The notes beneath the pieces are model-generated. The model worked only from the letters and a program-made list of their open reading frames with translations. It did not search any database and was not told the DNA's origin. From the human T2T-CHM13v2.0 reference genome, Homo sapiens: DNA of 64,000 nt. The translations under genes were made by a program, and so were the position numbers. The DNA lies in assembly GCF_009914755.1 (NCBI RefSeq), contig NC_060927.1. One strand, 5' to 3'. How positions within the stretch are numbered: position 1 is the stretch's first letter; the number at the start of each line of letters is the position of its first letter. Positions 41,404-61,732 of this stretch are shown here, piece by piece.

Positions 41404-41960
41404 GTTTTCTTTTTAGGTTGTCAGGGTCAAATTGATTCCAATGGTGGAGGATGCAGCCTAGCTGGGAGTCAGGTGGAATACATGGACAGTTGCCCATGGA
41501 GGAATCAGGCGGAATAGATGGAGAGTTGTCCATAGAGGAATCAGGTGGAATAGATGGAGAGTTGTCCATAAAGGAATCAGGAGGGATAGATGGAGAGTTG
41601 CCCGTAGTGGTCTGGAAAAGAGAAGATGACATTGAAAAGTGGAGGACTCATTAGGTGACCCAAATTTTCCTTGAGGCATCCCCCTGGAATAATTCTGGTC
41701 CCTGACCGTGATCCCTGGGGGAATCCCCCTTTGGGCCCCATCTTAGTCTGTCAGATGTCTCTGACCTTAGATGGGTGCTGGGACTGCTTTGGAATGATTT
41801 CCTCCACCACTGATGACATCACTATGAGCTTTCTCTCTTGTCCTTGGATGAAGGCCTTGACTTCTAGAATTAATTTTCCATCAAACTTTGGACTTTTTTT
41901 CTATCCCACTTAAAACAATTCTTTATGTACAATTTAATCTTACCTAAATTTAAAGAGTTA
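41404..41960 (-). mobile_element. ERV1 (MER51-int-like) leader and gag 5' part; no 5' LTR visible
   Basis: ORF 41399-41632 ends MGNCPCIPPDSQLGCILHHWNQFDPDNLKRK (Gag N-terminus), and the frame resumes on the far side of the HERV-L insertion. Confidence 0.85.
41465..41606. repeat. 36-bp tandem repeat, about 4 copies, over the gag start
   Basis: ggaatcaggtggaatagatggagagttgtccataga-type units start at 41465, 41501, 41537 and 41573. Confidence 0.95.
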
Positions 41961-43721
41961 AAGAATTGTCCCCAAAATATCAAAATAACTTTTTTCTTGA
42001 GTTTTAAAGAGATAAAGTTTAAATGCTTTGTAAAATTAAAAATATTACGAGATTTTAATGCATGCTCAAAGTGAAGACAAAACACTGTCAACTTTGTTAG
42101 AAAAGTAATAAAATAGTTTTAATTTTTATTGTTAAAATAGTGAGTGTATATTAAATAGTAAGGGTAATAACTGAAAATAGAAATATAGGGCATTGTATCC
42201 AAACCAGCAGAGGGTGAAAAATAACACAGAATGGCTAAATAAAGGGAAAAAAATAATGAGTCAAATGCTAATTCAGAGGAAACTAGTACAGTATACTAAA
42301 CTACAGTATACTAGTTTAGTATACTAGTATAATAATATACAGGGTAGAATTAAAGGCAGAAAGTATTGAGAGAAGCAAAAAAGGTCAGTGCATAAGAGAA
42401 GGAATAATTTTAATGAGTAACAGAAAATATTACAATAGAAATTAGAGAATATATGTAACTGAATAAATAGAAAAGTGAATAAATATAAAAGTAACTGAAT
42501 AAAAAACTGTGAGACTCATGTAAAGCAGTAATTAGAGGGTAATTTAGAGACATATGTTTATTAAAAATAATAATTGAAACTAAGCAAGAAAAGGGTTTAA
42601 TTCAGTAATCAAGGAAAATAATAGTCTAAACAAAATAAAAGGAGAAAGCAATGAAATATATAGCAATAGAAAATGATAAAATCAACAAAACGTCATTTAT
42701 TTTAAAGGAAGAAATAAAATGGACTGAAGTAATCAATAAAAAGAGAAAGCATAAAAATAATAATGGAAACGAAAAAATTAAATGACCATATTTTCATGTA
42801 GTTTTTTTTTTTACAAGAAATTGTGAAAAAATTTATGCCAATAAACTTGCAAATCTGACAACTTGCCAGACAAGCATAATTTAGCAAAAGTACCTAAGGA
42901 AGAAATAATAATCATTAAATACATTTAATAATTTATTTAAACTAAACTCATCTAAAAAGTATGAAAGTTTCAAGAAACAAATAATTTAAACCATATACAA
43001 ATGTTTCAGAGAATACAAAATAAGAAAAAGCTACTCAACTACTCTCATGAAGCAAACACCCAAAGCAGATATGAATAGTAAAAGTAAAATCCTATAGATA
43101 TATTTAAAAATAATCTGTAAATTTCAAGACTAGTTTGTAAAAATGTTTAGCAAATTAAGAATAGAAAAATTTCTGAACTTTCTCTATAGTAAACAACATA
43201 CTTAAATGTGAAACTAGGAATATTTCAATTAAATTCAAGAACAACACAAGAATGCTTGCTATGACTGTCTCTAATAAACCTTGTACCGAAGACTCAAGGA
43301 AAATAATGTTTAAAAAATAAGAGGTATAGAAGTGCAAAAACTTGCAAAATTGTCCTTATTGAGATGATAAAGTTATAAAATTCTAAATAATTTGCAAACA
43401 ATTGTGACTACTAGAATATTCAGCAAGTCTAGTAGATAAAATATCAATGTAAAAAATCAATAACATCCCAACATATTCCAGCATTATCAATTAGTAAAAC
43501 AATGTCAACAAAACCAGTAAAGTACCTAGCAATAAATCTAGCAAATCCTGTATAGTAAGATTTTGATGGAGAGAATTCTAATTTGAATGATATTTTTAAA
43601 GTACTGAATAAATGGGAAAGTATGATATGATAATAGATGGAAGACCTAACATCCAAAAATGTCTGCTCTCTTTAACTCATTCTGTTTTTTAAATCAAATT
43701 TCAACAATAATTCCAGAAAGA

Positions 43722-43722
<1 letters not shown>

Positions 43723-43762
<40 letters not shown>
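43723..43762 (+). repeat. (TG)20 microsatellite
   Basis: Read directly. Confidence 0.98.
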
Positions 43763-43766
<4 letters not shown>

Positions 43767-44062
43767 ACTTTAATGGAACTTGCCAAGATTATCCTGAAAT
43801 TGAGATAAATGAACAAAAATTCAAGATTAAATAAGATATTTATAAGAAAAATATGATGAAAAGGGGATATCAACACATATTCAAATATTGTAATTAAAAT
43901 AGTGTAGAGCAGGAACTGAAATAAACTAATAGACTAAAAAGCCAGAAAATAGAGCCTGGAAACAGATCTACACATGTATGGCTAAATGACAAAGAACTGG
44001 CCTTAAAAATCACTGAGGAAAGAATAAAATTTTTATTAATAGTATTAGAACACCTGGGAATC

Positions 44063-44471
44063 TGTGTTGGGCTTTTTTTTTACATTGCTATAAAGAAATA
44101 TCTGAGACTGGGTAATTTATAAGAAAAGAGGTTTAATTGGCTCATGGTTCTGCAGGCTGTACAAGAAACATAGTGCCAGCATCTGCTTCTGGGAGGCCTC
44201 AGGAAGCTTTTACTCATGGTGGAAGGCAAAGCAGGAGGAGGCACATCAAATGGTGAAGGTAGGAGCAAGAGAGAGAGTGGGAGGTGCCACACACTTTTAA
44301 ACAGCCAGATCTGAAGAGAATTTACTCCCTATAGTGAGGACAGCATCAAGGGGATGGAGCTAAACCATTCACCCCCATGATCCAATCACTTCCCACCAGG
44401 CCCCACCTCCGATACTGAGGATTACAATTCAACATGAGATTTGGGTGTGGACAAATATACAAACTATATCA
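44063..44471 (-). mobile_element. MSTA-like solo LTR
   Basis: cattgctataaagaaatatctgagactgggtaatttataagaaaagaggtttaattggctcatgg...aaactatatca. Confidence 0.9.
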
Positions 44472-45097
44472 GTAGCCAAATAAAAAACAATCTACTTCAA
44501 ATATTGGTAAGTCCTAAATATTAAAAGCAAAACTTTAAAGCGCCTAAAAGAAAATACAGAATACGTTTATGATATTGAGGTTCAGAAGGAGGTATTAGAT
44601 AAAATATAAAATTTCAAAACTCATTAAATATAAGCTATAATACATTTACCTATATGAAAATGAAAACTTTCTATTTAATAAAATACCACAAGGTTAAAGG
44701 AGCTTCAGAATGGGAATTTATATCTGCATGGTTTATTGCCAATAATAATTTTGTATCCAGAATATGTAAATGATTTAAAATGAAGAAGCAAAACATAATC
44801 CAATATAAAGGGCATTTTGTGAGAAAGGTACTCAAGAGATGTTTAAAGGGTCAATAACACCAAAGTAAAATGCTCAACACTATAAAGAATTAGGAAAATG
44901 TAAGCTACACCCATGTGCAATTAAAACCACATATCTTTTCAAACTCAGCAGACAGAAAAACATTTTAAAATCTGGAAGAATTCTAGGTTTATAAGACTAA
45001 TGAGTCACAGGGATTCTTATACATTGATAGAGAGCACATAATTTGGTATAGCCACTTTGAAAAGAAAGTTAGCAATAATTATTAAAGTTTAATATGC

Positions 45098-45555
45098 TAT
45101 ATTAGTTTTCTATTGCTGCTGTAACAAATTATTGCAAACTTTGTGGCTTAAAACAAGCCAAATGTGTTAGCTTACAGTTCTGGAGGTCAGAAACCTACCA
45201 TGGGTTAAAATCAAGGTGTCTGTTCATATAGCTACATTTCTTTCAGGAGCCTCTGGGGAAAAATTCTTTTTCTATCCCCTTTCCTAGCTTCTAGGGGCCA
45301 TTCCTTGGCTCCTGGCTCCTTTCCTCCATCTTCAAAACCAGCAAGAGATCCTATCTCTCTGACTCTCTAATCTGCTTCTTCTTTCAATTTCAAGGACTCA
45401 TGTGCATAGATTGCATCCTCCTAGATAATCCAAGGTAATCTCACCTTTTGAAGATCCCTATCCTTAATTATATCTGTAAAGATCATCTTGCCATTTAAGG
45501 TAATATTCATAGGTTCCAAGGACATCTTTGGAGGAATGATTATTCTACCTGTACT
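45098..45555 (-). mobile_element. MLT1 (B/C/D-like) solo LTR
   Basis: attagttttctattgctgctgtaacaaatt...ggcttaaaacaa...acagttctggaggtcagaa...ggacatctttgg. Confidence 0.85.
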
Positions 45556-45727
45556 CCTTGAACTATTAATAACAATTGTACTTCTATAGCCTAACAGAAC
45601 TGTTGGAAATATGTTCAAAGGATATGCACAAATATGTTCATTGGAACATTATGTATAGCATGAACATTTTTCAAATTGTGGGTATTGCTAGCATAAACAG
45701 TACTGGTGTATTAATATAATGGAATAC

Positions 45728-46092
45728 TGTTTATTCACATGCTGCTAATAAAGACATACTCGAGACTGAATAATTTATAAAGGAAAGAGGTTTAATGGGC
45801 TCACAGTTCCACATGGCTGTGAAGGCCTCACAATCATGGCAGAAGGCAAAGGAGGAGTAAAGTCATGTTTTTCATGGCGGCAGGCAAGAAACAATAAGAG
45901 CCAAGCAAAAAGGGAAACCCCTTATAAAACCATCAGATCTCATGAGACTTATTCACTACCAAGAGAATAGTATGGGGGAAACTACTCCCGCGATTCAGTT
46001 ACCTCCCACTGGGTCCCTCTTACAACATGTGGGAATTATGGGAGCTACAATTCAAGATAAGATTTGGGTGGGGACACAGCTAAACCATATCA
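45728..46092 (-). mobile_element. THE1 (C/D-like) solo LTR
   Basis: gctgctaataaagacatac...ggcctcacaatcatggcagaaggc...gggagctacaattcaagat...aaaccatatca; possible TSD actgt. Confidence 0.9.
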
Positions 46093-46499
46093 ACTGTGTA
46101 GGGTTGAGATAAATCTTAAAAACATAATATTGAACAAAATAAAGATGCAGAATTATATAATTATGTGTGTGTCTTAATAGGCAGAGAGACAGATACATAG
46201 ATAGATACAGAATATAACAACTTGCACTGACATAATAGATACGGCTTATGGGCTATCTGGGAAGTAAGGCCAGGGAGGAAAAGAAAAAGACACACAAGCA
46301 AGGCATAATGTTCACTTTTGTTAAAGCTAGATAGGAACATGTGTTTTCCTTAAAATCTTATCTGTACATTTTGTATTTTAAAAGTATTTTACAATAAGAA
46401 TCTGTAGGTTTTAGGGTAAGGATATTGAGCTGAATGAAAGCATCCCATGTTAGGAGCAAAAGCTGAGAAGAGGAAAACATGGAAGAAAGCGCAGATTAG

Positions 46500-46700
46500 T
46501 TGGTGTTGTTGAAAAAGCTTTAGACTGAAAATGAAGAGACGTCGGTTTTCACTTTGGCTCTATCACTATCTAGCTCCATGACATTGGGAAGATTACTGAA
46601 TGTTACCAAATCTCTATTCTTTCATCTCAAGAGTGAGTACTTTGAATCAAAGCATCTGCAGGTTTGTTGTAACCATAAGATATTGTATCTGATGGCTTTT
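46500..46700 (+). mobile_element. MIR
   Basis: tggctctatcact...catgacattgggaagattactgaat...tctttcatct resembles the MIR core. Confidence 0.6.
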
Positions 46701-48299
46701 ATGCACAGTACAGTATTTTTATCACTAAAAAATATGGGTAGTTTGATAAAATACATCTGCTTAAGAATGGTGATCACATCAAAGAAAATTGTACACACAC
46801 ACACAAAACCCTCATAATGCCTGATTTTTACTTAAAACCACCCTACCCAGTCTTTTGGGGCTAAAAGATGGCTCCAGAGCTGGGATGGGAGAGTGGCTAC
46901 TAATGCTAATCTGGGACACAATTTTGAGGTGGGATTGAATTTGGAGTCCAGCTTTCTGTGGCTCTCACAGGTCCAAGCTCAGTTTTCTAACCATATTATC
47001 TCCTTGGGGAGCATGCTCAGTGGCGAGCTGCTACAGTACATCTCCAGAACATATATTCCTCAAAAGAAGTCCATTTAATACCGTAGAATATGGCAATTGG
47101 TAACTGCCTGTCCTAATTCAGGAGCACACAGTATTAGACTATGGGGTAAGTATTTCCTGGCAAAAGATAATATGGCCACACAAATCCTAGCACTGCTGAA
47201 TGATCTCCTTGCCTATGCCAAAGTGGCCCCAAGTCTGCAGAAAGAATTCCCTTCACAGATACCGTGCCACCTCACAAATGCTTCTTTTGTACTATGTGCA
47301 AAATCAACTCTAAAGACCGCCCAGGTTTTATACCCTGATTCATTTCTTCAGACACTATTTGACATGTCTTTGGGAGTAACGTCTTTTTCATTAAGAACAA
47401 ACCACTTACTTCTGATGACATGAATTCTTGAGTAGGACTCTGACGGACACACATTGCCTCAGGCAGCAGGCTGGGTTCTTTGGCTCTCTTTCGAGCAGCC
47501 TTACTTTCATGTCCCAGTTACTCAACTTCAAGTACAGCCAAAAATTATCTCAAGCCAAGTTCTTCTGAACAAAAAACATTCAGAAGTCTTGCTTGCTTCA
47601 AGCCAGTAGAAGGCTCCAGCCGGATATTGGACCCGTCAAGTAATTTTAATAACTAAAAGAAGAACATATTAGATTCTTGTTCTCATTCTCTGTAGTGCTG
47701 ATGCCACATTCTTATAAGCCATGCCGATGTGGAATTTTTATATTTTACTTTAAATGCTGTGTTTGTTTTACTGTTTATAACATATGGCTATATTTCAGAA
47801 TATAGTTTGCAATCATATATGTACTCCAAAGACCCACTGAAGTGACTCCTTCATGTATATATCACAATTCTCTATTTTAGGAGAGTGTATTCTAGATTTT
47901 GTGTAGCCCTCTCGAGTTACTTGTGACTGCATTCTACTTATCTCCTAGTCATTTCCCCATATTCTTTGATATTTTGATACTAGGTCTATGGTTCTCTTTC
48001 CTAACTTATTGAGTATTTATGTGGACAAGTTATCCAAATTGGATTATCTAGTTCCTTTATTTTTTCATTTCTAATAAATGACTTTCGCCATCTGTCACAA
48101 TCTGGAACATGGCACCACACAATTGCTCCAACTCTGAACATCACTAATTCAAGTTCCTCACTGCCATCACTAGGTTTTCTAGTTGACATTCATGGACATC
48201 ATTGTGCCCTTTGAGGCTTTCCAGTTCATTGACTCTTCCATTTTCCTCTGGCCTTTTTACTGCCTTTGTCCTCTTTTCAGGTATTATTACACAATCCAG

Positions 48300-49150
48300 G
48301 AATTACTTTGATAAAACCATGACTTTTCTCGTCACTTTTTGTCAGAATAGTCTAATCCCATTTAGAGTTTAGAGATAATTTGATTACCTGCTTTGAAAAA
48401 TAGGCCCCATTATAAATTTGTAATCACAACCCTTATCTATTTCTCTGGTTACCTTGCCCTCTTACTTTCTTCAAAGACTATTTCAAACTTTTTTTTCCAT
48501 CCTTGGTATGGTCTGAATAAACCCTTCCCCATATTCATATGTTAAAACCTGTCCCCCAAAATAATGCTATTAGGAGGTGGAGACTTTGGGAGATGATTAG
48601 ATCAGGAAGGTGGAACCCACAGGAATGGGATTAGTGCCTACACAAAAGAGGCTCGAGGAAGCTTGTTTGCCCTTCCAGCCATGTGAGGACATAGCTAAAA
48701 GGCACCATTTATGAGAAGTGGTCCCTCACCAGAACCCACATCTGCTGGCACCTTGATCTGAGATGTCCTAAACTCAAGGACTATGAGAAATAAGCTACCC
48801 AGTTTATGGCATTTTTGTTATAACAGTCTAAACAAAGTCCTCAAACTGCAACTTCTTTCCCAATCTCATAGTATGACAATTTTTAGCTGATAATTTTACC
48901 ATTAACTTCACAGAGAAAAATAAAGTATGTGAAAGAATCAACTAAATTGCTGACTGTCCAACTCACAAACCTACCTGGATTTGCATGCACCTTCTTCTCT
49001 TCCCTCTGTTAAACTACAAGAGGTGCCTATCCTACCTAAAGCATGTGTTCCATCTGGTGTCCAGGCTTTCATGCCTCCTCCTGGAACCTTTGACTTCCCC
49101 TATTTGACCCTGAAATATCTACTTTATATTAGATCTTTCCCATCATTGTT
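48300..49150 (+). mobile_element. L2 remnant interrupted by an MLT1A-like LTR
   Basis: ctatttcaaac...|...caaact...agctgataattttaccattaacttcacagagaaaaa resembles L2 ORF2 sense sequence on both sides of the LTR. Confidence 0.6.
48504..48835 (+). mobile_element. MaLR solo LTR (MLT1A/MSTD-like)
   Basis: tggtatggtctgaat...attcatatgtt...ttaggaggtgg...gggattagtgcc...ccatgtgaggac...ctggcaccttgatct. Confidence 0.85.
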
Positions 49151-49169
49151 TCCTATTCTTCCAACCATT

Positions 49170-49973
49170 CCAACTATTCCTCATTTTAGCAAGGTTGAAC
49201 ATCTGTATTTATTTGACAGTTAGGTTTTCTTTTCTGTGAAGATTCCATTCATATATTTTACCCATATTCTATGCAATTGTGTTTTCCTTATTGGTTTATT
49301 TGTAGATTTTAGATACAAATCCTTTGTCAGCTAAACATTGCTTTGTGTTGTCACTTTGTAATGTGTCATTTAAATTCATTTATCAGATCATTTGTCATGT
49401 AATCGTTTTCATGTTGCTGTAATCAAACTTAACAGGCTTTTATAATTTGTGAATTTTGAGTTTTTTTAAAAAATACTTTGCTCTCTGATATAATGAAGAC
49501 AAGTATTTTGTTCTAGAAAATTCAGTGTTAATTTTTACACTAGGGCTTCTTATTTAATTTTTTTAAAATTTTGGATTCAGGGATTACATGGATATAGTAG
49601 GTCTTTAATTCATATACATTCTTTTAGAATAGTATAAACTAGGAATTAATTTTTATTTTTCCTTTTAGTCAATTGTTTAAGCAACATTTTTTGAGTTGCC
49701 CAATTTATACTCAAGGATATGTAAACATAACTTAGTTTTCTACCAAATCTCAATCTCAGTATTTATGTGAGTCCAATTCTGCACTTTCTTTTCTGTCCCA
49801 TTACTTGATTTTCTATTCATGCATCAGTACAACACTGCCTTTATTACTGCATTACTATAGTATTTTTCTTTATCTTGATATCTGGTAGGGTGATTTCCCA
49901 TACCATTTCTTTCTTCTTAAACCCTTTTGACTCATTTGCTGATAGCACTTTCATTAGGATTTTTAGTTACTAA
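49170..49973 (-). mobile_element. Ancient L1 (L1ME-like) remnant
   Basis: T-rich antisense ORF2 motifs (ggttgaacatct, aatcctttgtcag, cttgatatctggtaggg). Confidence 0.65.
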
Positions 49974-52332
<2,359 letters not shown>

Positions 52333-54530
52333 CTGCTGTGCAATAGATCTCAAAGCCAATTCCTTTTGTCTGTCTGAAACTTTATACACTTTGATCAACA
52401 ACACCCCATTCCCACCCCCGATCCATATATCTGGTAACGATTGTTCTACTCTTTACTTCTATGAGATTAACTTTTTTAGTCTCCACATATGTGAGATCAT
52501 GTGGTTTTTGTCTTTCTGTGCCTGGATTATTTCACTTAAAAGAATGTTTTCCAGATTCATCCACATTATCACAAATGACAGGATTCTCCCTCTTTTTTAA
52601 GGCAGAAGAGTATTCCACTGTGAACATATACCACATTTTCTTTATCCATTCATCCATCAACAGGCACTTAGATTAATTCCACATCTTGGCTATTGAGAAT
52701 AAGGCTTCAATGGGCATGGAAATGCAACTATTTCTTCAACAAATTAATTTTAGTTCCTTTGGATATATACCCAGAATTGGGATTACTGAATCATAGGGTA
52801 GTTCTGGTTTTAGTTTTTTTTAAGAACATGGATCATTTTCCATAATGGTTGTACTAATTCACATTTCCATCAACAATGTATGAAAGTTACCTTTTCTCTA
52901 CATACTTCCCAACACTTATCTTTCGTCTTTTCTATAAAAGCCATTCTAACAGATGTGAGGTGATATTTCATTGTGGTTTTAATTTGAATTTTCCCAAAGA
53001 TTAAAGATGCTGATAAATCTTTTCATGCATCTGTTGGCTATTTGTACATCTTGTTTTGAGAAATACTTGTTCAGCTTTTTTGCCTATTTTTATTTGGATG
53101 ATTTGTTCTCTTGTTATTGAGTTGTTCGAGTTCCTTGTATATTTTGGATATTAATCCCTTATCAGATGTATGGTTTTCAAATATTTTCTACAAACCTGTA
53201 GGTTGCCTCTTCACCTTCTTGTTTCGCTTGCTATGCATAAGGTTTTTAGTTTGTTGCCATCACGTTTGTCTATTTTTGCTTATGTTGCCTTTGCTTTTGG
53301 GGTCATATAAAAACTTGTTACCTGGACCAATTTCAGCCCTTTCCCCCTATGTTTTCATCTGGTAGTTTTACAGTTTCAGGTCTTATATTTAAGCCTTTAA
53401 TCCATTTTGAGTTGATTTGTGTTTATGGTATGATATGAGGGTCTAATTTCATTCTCCTGCATCTGGATATCCAGTTTTTCTAACACCATTTATTCAAGAG
53501 ACTGTCCATCTCCCATTGTGTTGTTGGCACCTTTATCAAAAATCAATTGACCATAAACACATGGGTTTATTTCTGGGCTTTCTATCCTGTTCTATTGGTC
53601 TAAGTGTCTGTTTTTATGCCAGTACCATGTTTTATGATTACATTTGCTTTATAATATGTTTTGAAATCAGAGGGTGATGCACTCAGCTTTGTTCTTTTTG
53701 TTCAAGATTATTTTGGGTCTTCTGGGTCTTTTGTGGTTCCATACAAATTCATGAATTGTTTTTCTCTATTTCTGTAAAAAATGGCATTGGAATTTTGACA
53801 GAGATTGCATTAAATCTGTAGATCAATTTGGGTAATACAGACTCTTCAAAATATTAATTCTTTTAATTCATCAACTTGGGATATCTTTCCAAACTTGTGT
53901 TTCCTTCAGTTTCATTCATCAGTGTTTTATATTTTGGAGTGCATAGGTCTTTTACGTCCTTTGTAAAATTTACACCCAAATATTTAATTTTTTTGGTTGT
54001 TATGATGAATGGGATTGTTTTCTTACTTTCCTTTGTAGGATAATTTGTTATTAGTACCTAGAATCACTAATAATTATTGTATGTTGATTTTGCATTCTGC
54101 AACTTTACTGAATTTGTTTATCAGTTTTCACAGTTTTTTGGTGGAGTTTAAGATTTTCTATGTATAAGTTCATGTTGTTAATAAACAGAGACAATTTTGT
54201 TTCTTCTTTTCCTAATAGGATCCCTTTTATTTCATTCTCTTTTCCCATTGCTCTGGTTAAGACTTACAGTTGTACTATGTTGAAAGTAAGTGACGAAAAT
54301 GAGCATTCTTGTCCTGTTTCTAATCTTACAAGAAAAGCTTTCAACTGTTCATTCAACACTGAGAATAATTTTATCTATGGGATTGTTACATATGGCCTTT
54401 ATTGCATTGAAATACTTTCCTCTGTACCTAATCTGTTAAGAGTTTTTATCATGAAGTGGTGCTGAATGTTTTCAAATGCCTTTTCTTCATCTATTGAGAT
54501 GATTATATGATTTTTAGTATAATTCTTATT
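52333..54530 (-). mobile_element. L1MA (MA6-9-like) 3' portion lacking its extreme 3' end
   Basis: It starts mid-3' UTR at tgctgtgcaatagatctc and continues through antisense ORF2 to [18 protein letters not shown]. Confidence 0.88.
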
Positions 54531-54534
54531 ATAT

Positions 54535-54885
54535 GACCACTGAGAGATGCCAAGTGTGAGAAGTATTGCTGCGTCTAAGATGCAGAGCCCACAAGTAAGC
54601 CTAAAGAGAACTCTAAGTGGTAAGGATGGCCTCCGGCTGACAGCCATCAGGACAGTGAGATCTTGGCCCTATAATCACAAGGTACTGGATTCTGAGGATT
54701 ACTCCCAGAGCCTCTAAATAAGTGCCCAGCTTGTTGACACCTGGTTTGGGCCTGCAAATGCAAAACCCAGGGCAGAGAAACCAGCTGAATCAACAGAACC
54801 TTGAGAAAACAAATGTTATTTTAAACCACTATGTTTGTAAGATCGTGGTAATTTATTGCAGCAGCAATAGAAAACTTAAATATAC
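54535..54885 (+). mobile_element. MLT1 (E/F/G-like) LTR fragment
   Basis: ggctgacagcca...cacaagg...ctggattctg...ccagagcctc...tggtaatttattgcagcagcaatagaaaact...aataca. Confidence 0.8.
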
Positions 54886-54929
54886 ATATACGTGTATATA
54901 TGTATGTGTGTCTGTGTATATATATATTT

Positions 54930-55194
54930 ATATTCACCAACAAATTTCCCCTTTGGCATTTTTAATGGTTTCTTGCAGATCTGGGCATCACTTGCTTTAG
55001 TCTAAATAATTTATTTTATTCTATAGTGCAGGCTTCCTGGAGACAAATTTCTCAGCTTTTATCTTTTGTCTATCTGAAAGTTTATTTAATTTATCTTTGT
55101 ACATAGAGCATATATTCACTGGAGATAGAATTTTATTAAAACAGTGTTTTTTTTTTTTTTTTGCTTTCTTTCAGTTCTTTTAAGATATATTTCC
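54930..55194 (-). mobile_element. Old L1M ORF1-region remnant, left part of the element hosting the 55.2-60.6 kb L1
   Basis: tatagtgcaggc...acaaatttctcagctttt...gtctatctgaaa...attcactggagatagaatt. Confidence 0.65.
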
Positions 55195-60630
<5,436 letters not shown>

Positions 60631-60779
60631 CATTATTTAAAAAATATATAAAACCTCATTGTCAGAATATATGTAATCAGCAGCTTGGTATTCTAATATG
60701 TTGGCCTTATGTTCTGACAGTGCTATTACATCAACTGAATAAGGATCACTTGTATCTATCCAAAAAAAGATATTTTTCT

Positions 60780-61330
60780 AGCAAGAAGCTATCATTCTTA
60801 TCATTTTTATCTGTGTGTAAGCTGTCAGGGTTTTTCTTCTTTATTACTTTTATGAATTTTCACTTAATCCTTGGTGTTCATCTTTTGACTATGAGTTTTT
60901 TTAGTGTAGTTTACTTTGTATTTATTCTATGGGTTTTGCCAAGTTTCTTGGATATATGGGTTAATAGCTTTGTATCAATTTTGAACAATTATAGAGATAA
61001 TATGTGCAAATATTTCTTCTGTCACATTCATTTTCTCCTCTCCTTCTGGGACTCCGTTTATGTGAATGTTAAACTGCTTGATTTTAATCCTATAGATCTT
61101 GAATGCCCTGTCCCATTTTTCTCCTTTTTTTCTCTTTGTGTTTTGGTTTGAATGATTCCTATTGTCCTGCCTCCAAGTTCATTTATCATTTCTACTGCTT
61201 TGTCAAATCTGCTGCTAAGCCTATCAAATACTTTTTCTGTTTTTCCTTCTGGAATTTTAATTTTGTCAGAGTTTGCATCTTTAGGTTGACTTATTGTAGC
61301 TTCACTTAGATTTAGCTAACTTTTGTCTTC
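60780..61330 (-). mobile_element. Old L1M ORF1-region remnant, right part
   Basis: agaagctatcattcttatc...ttcttggatat...caaatatttcttctg...ctccttctgggactcc...tcaaatctgctg. Confidence 0.7.
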
Positions 61331-61691
61331 CAATATTTTGAAGAAGATATTAGGACTTTTCAATCAAGTGGGGCTTAGAATCTGAACACTGGAAGACTCC
61401 AAAGCCCTCTTTATTCTTTACTTTAGTCCATCAGCTTTAGTCTCTTTATACTTTTAGCTATCAGCTTTTCAAAGCATAAGAGATGGTTCTCTGCCTTACA
61501 GTTCAGTGCCACCTCTTTCATCAATACAGATTTTTCTTTTCCTTTAGTCCTGTCTTCAGATTCTCTGAATCCAGGAAAATTTTTCTCTGTCCTATTTCTT
61601 CGTCAAGCCCTGAAAGTTTGCTCCAGCACATTTGGTGCAGATGCAAAAGACCAGAGAAAAAGGAGGAAAGAGAGAGACAGAGACAGAAAGA

Positions 61692-61692
<1 letters not shown>

Positions 61693-61730
<38 letters not shown>
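61693..61730 (+). repeat. (TG)19 microsatellite
   Basis: Read directly. Confidence 0.98.

Positions 61731-61732
<2 letters not shown>

Larger units (their letters stand above)
42000..46400 (+). mobile_element. Highly diverged L1 (L1ME-like) interrupted by three MaLR LTRs
   Basis: A-rich ORF2-like remnants (aatttatgccaataaa, aagtacctagcaataaatcta, tgtatccagaatatgtaaa, gccactttga) resume on each side of the LTRs. Confidence 0.65.

Noticed and set aside
41465-41606. 36-bp repeats as a CRISPR-like array
   Set aside because: The units are head-to-tail with no unique spacers, the DNA is eukaryotic, and the repeat is part of ERV gag.
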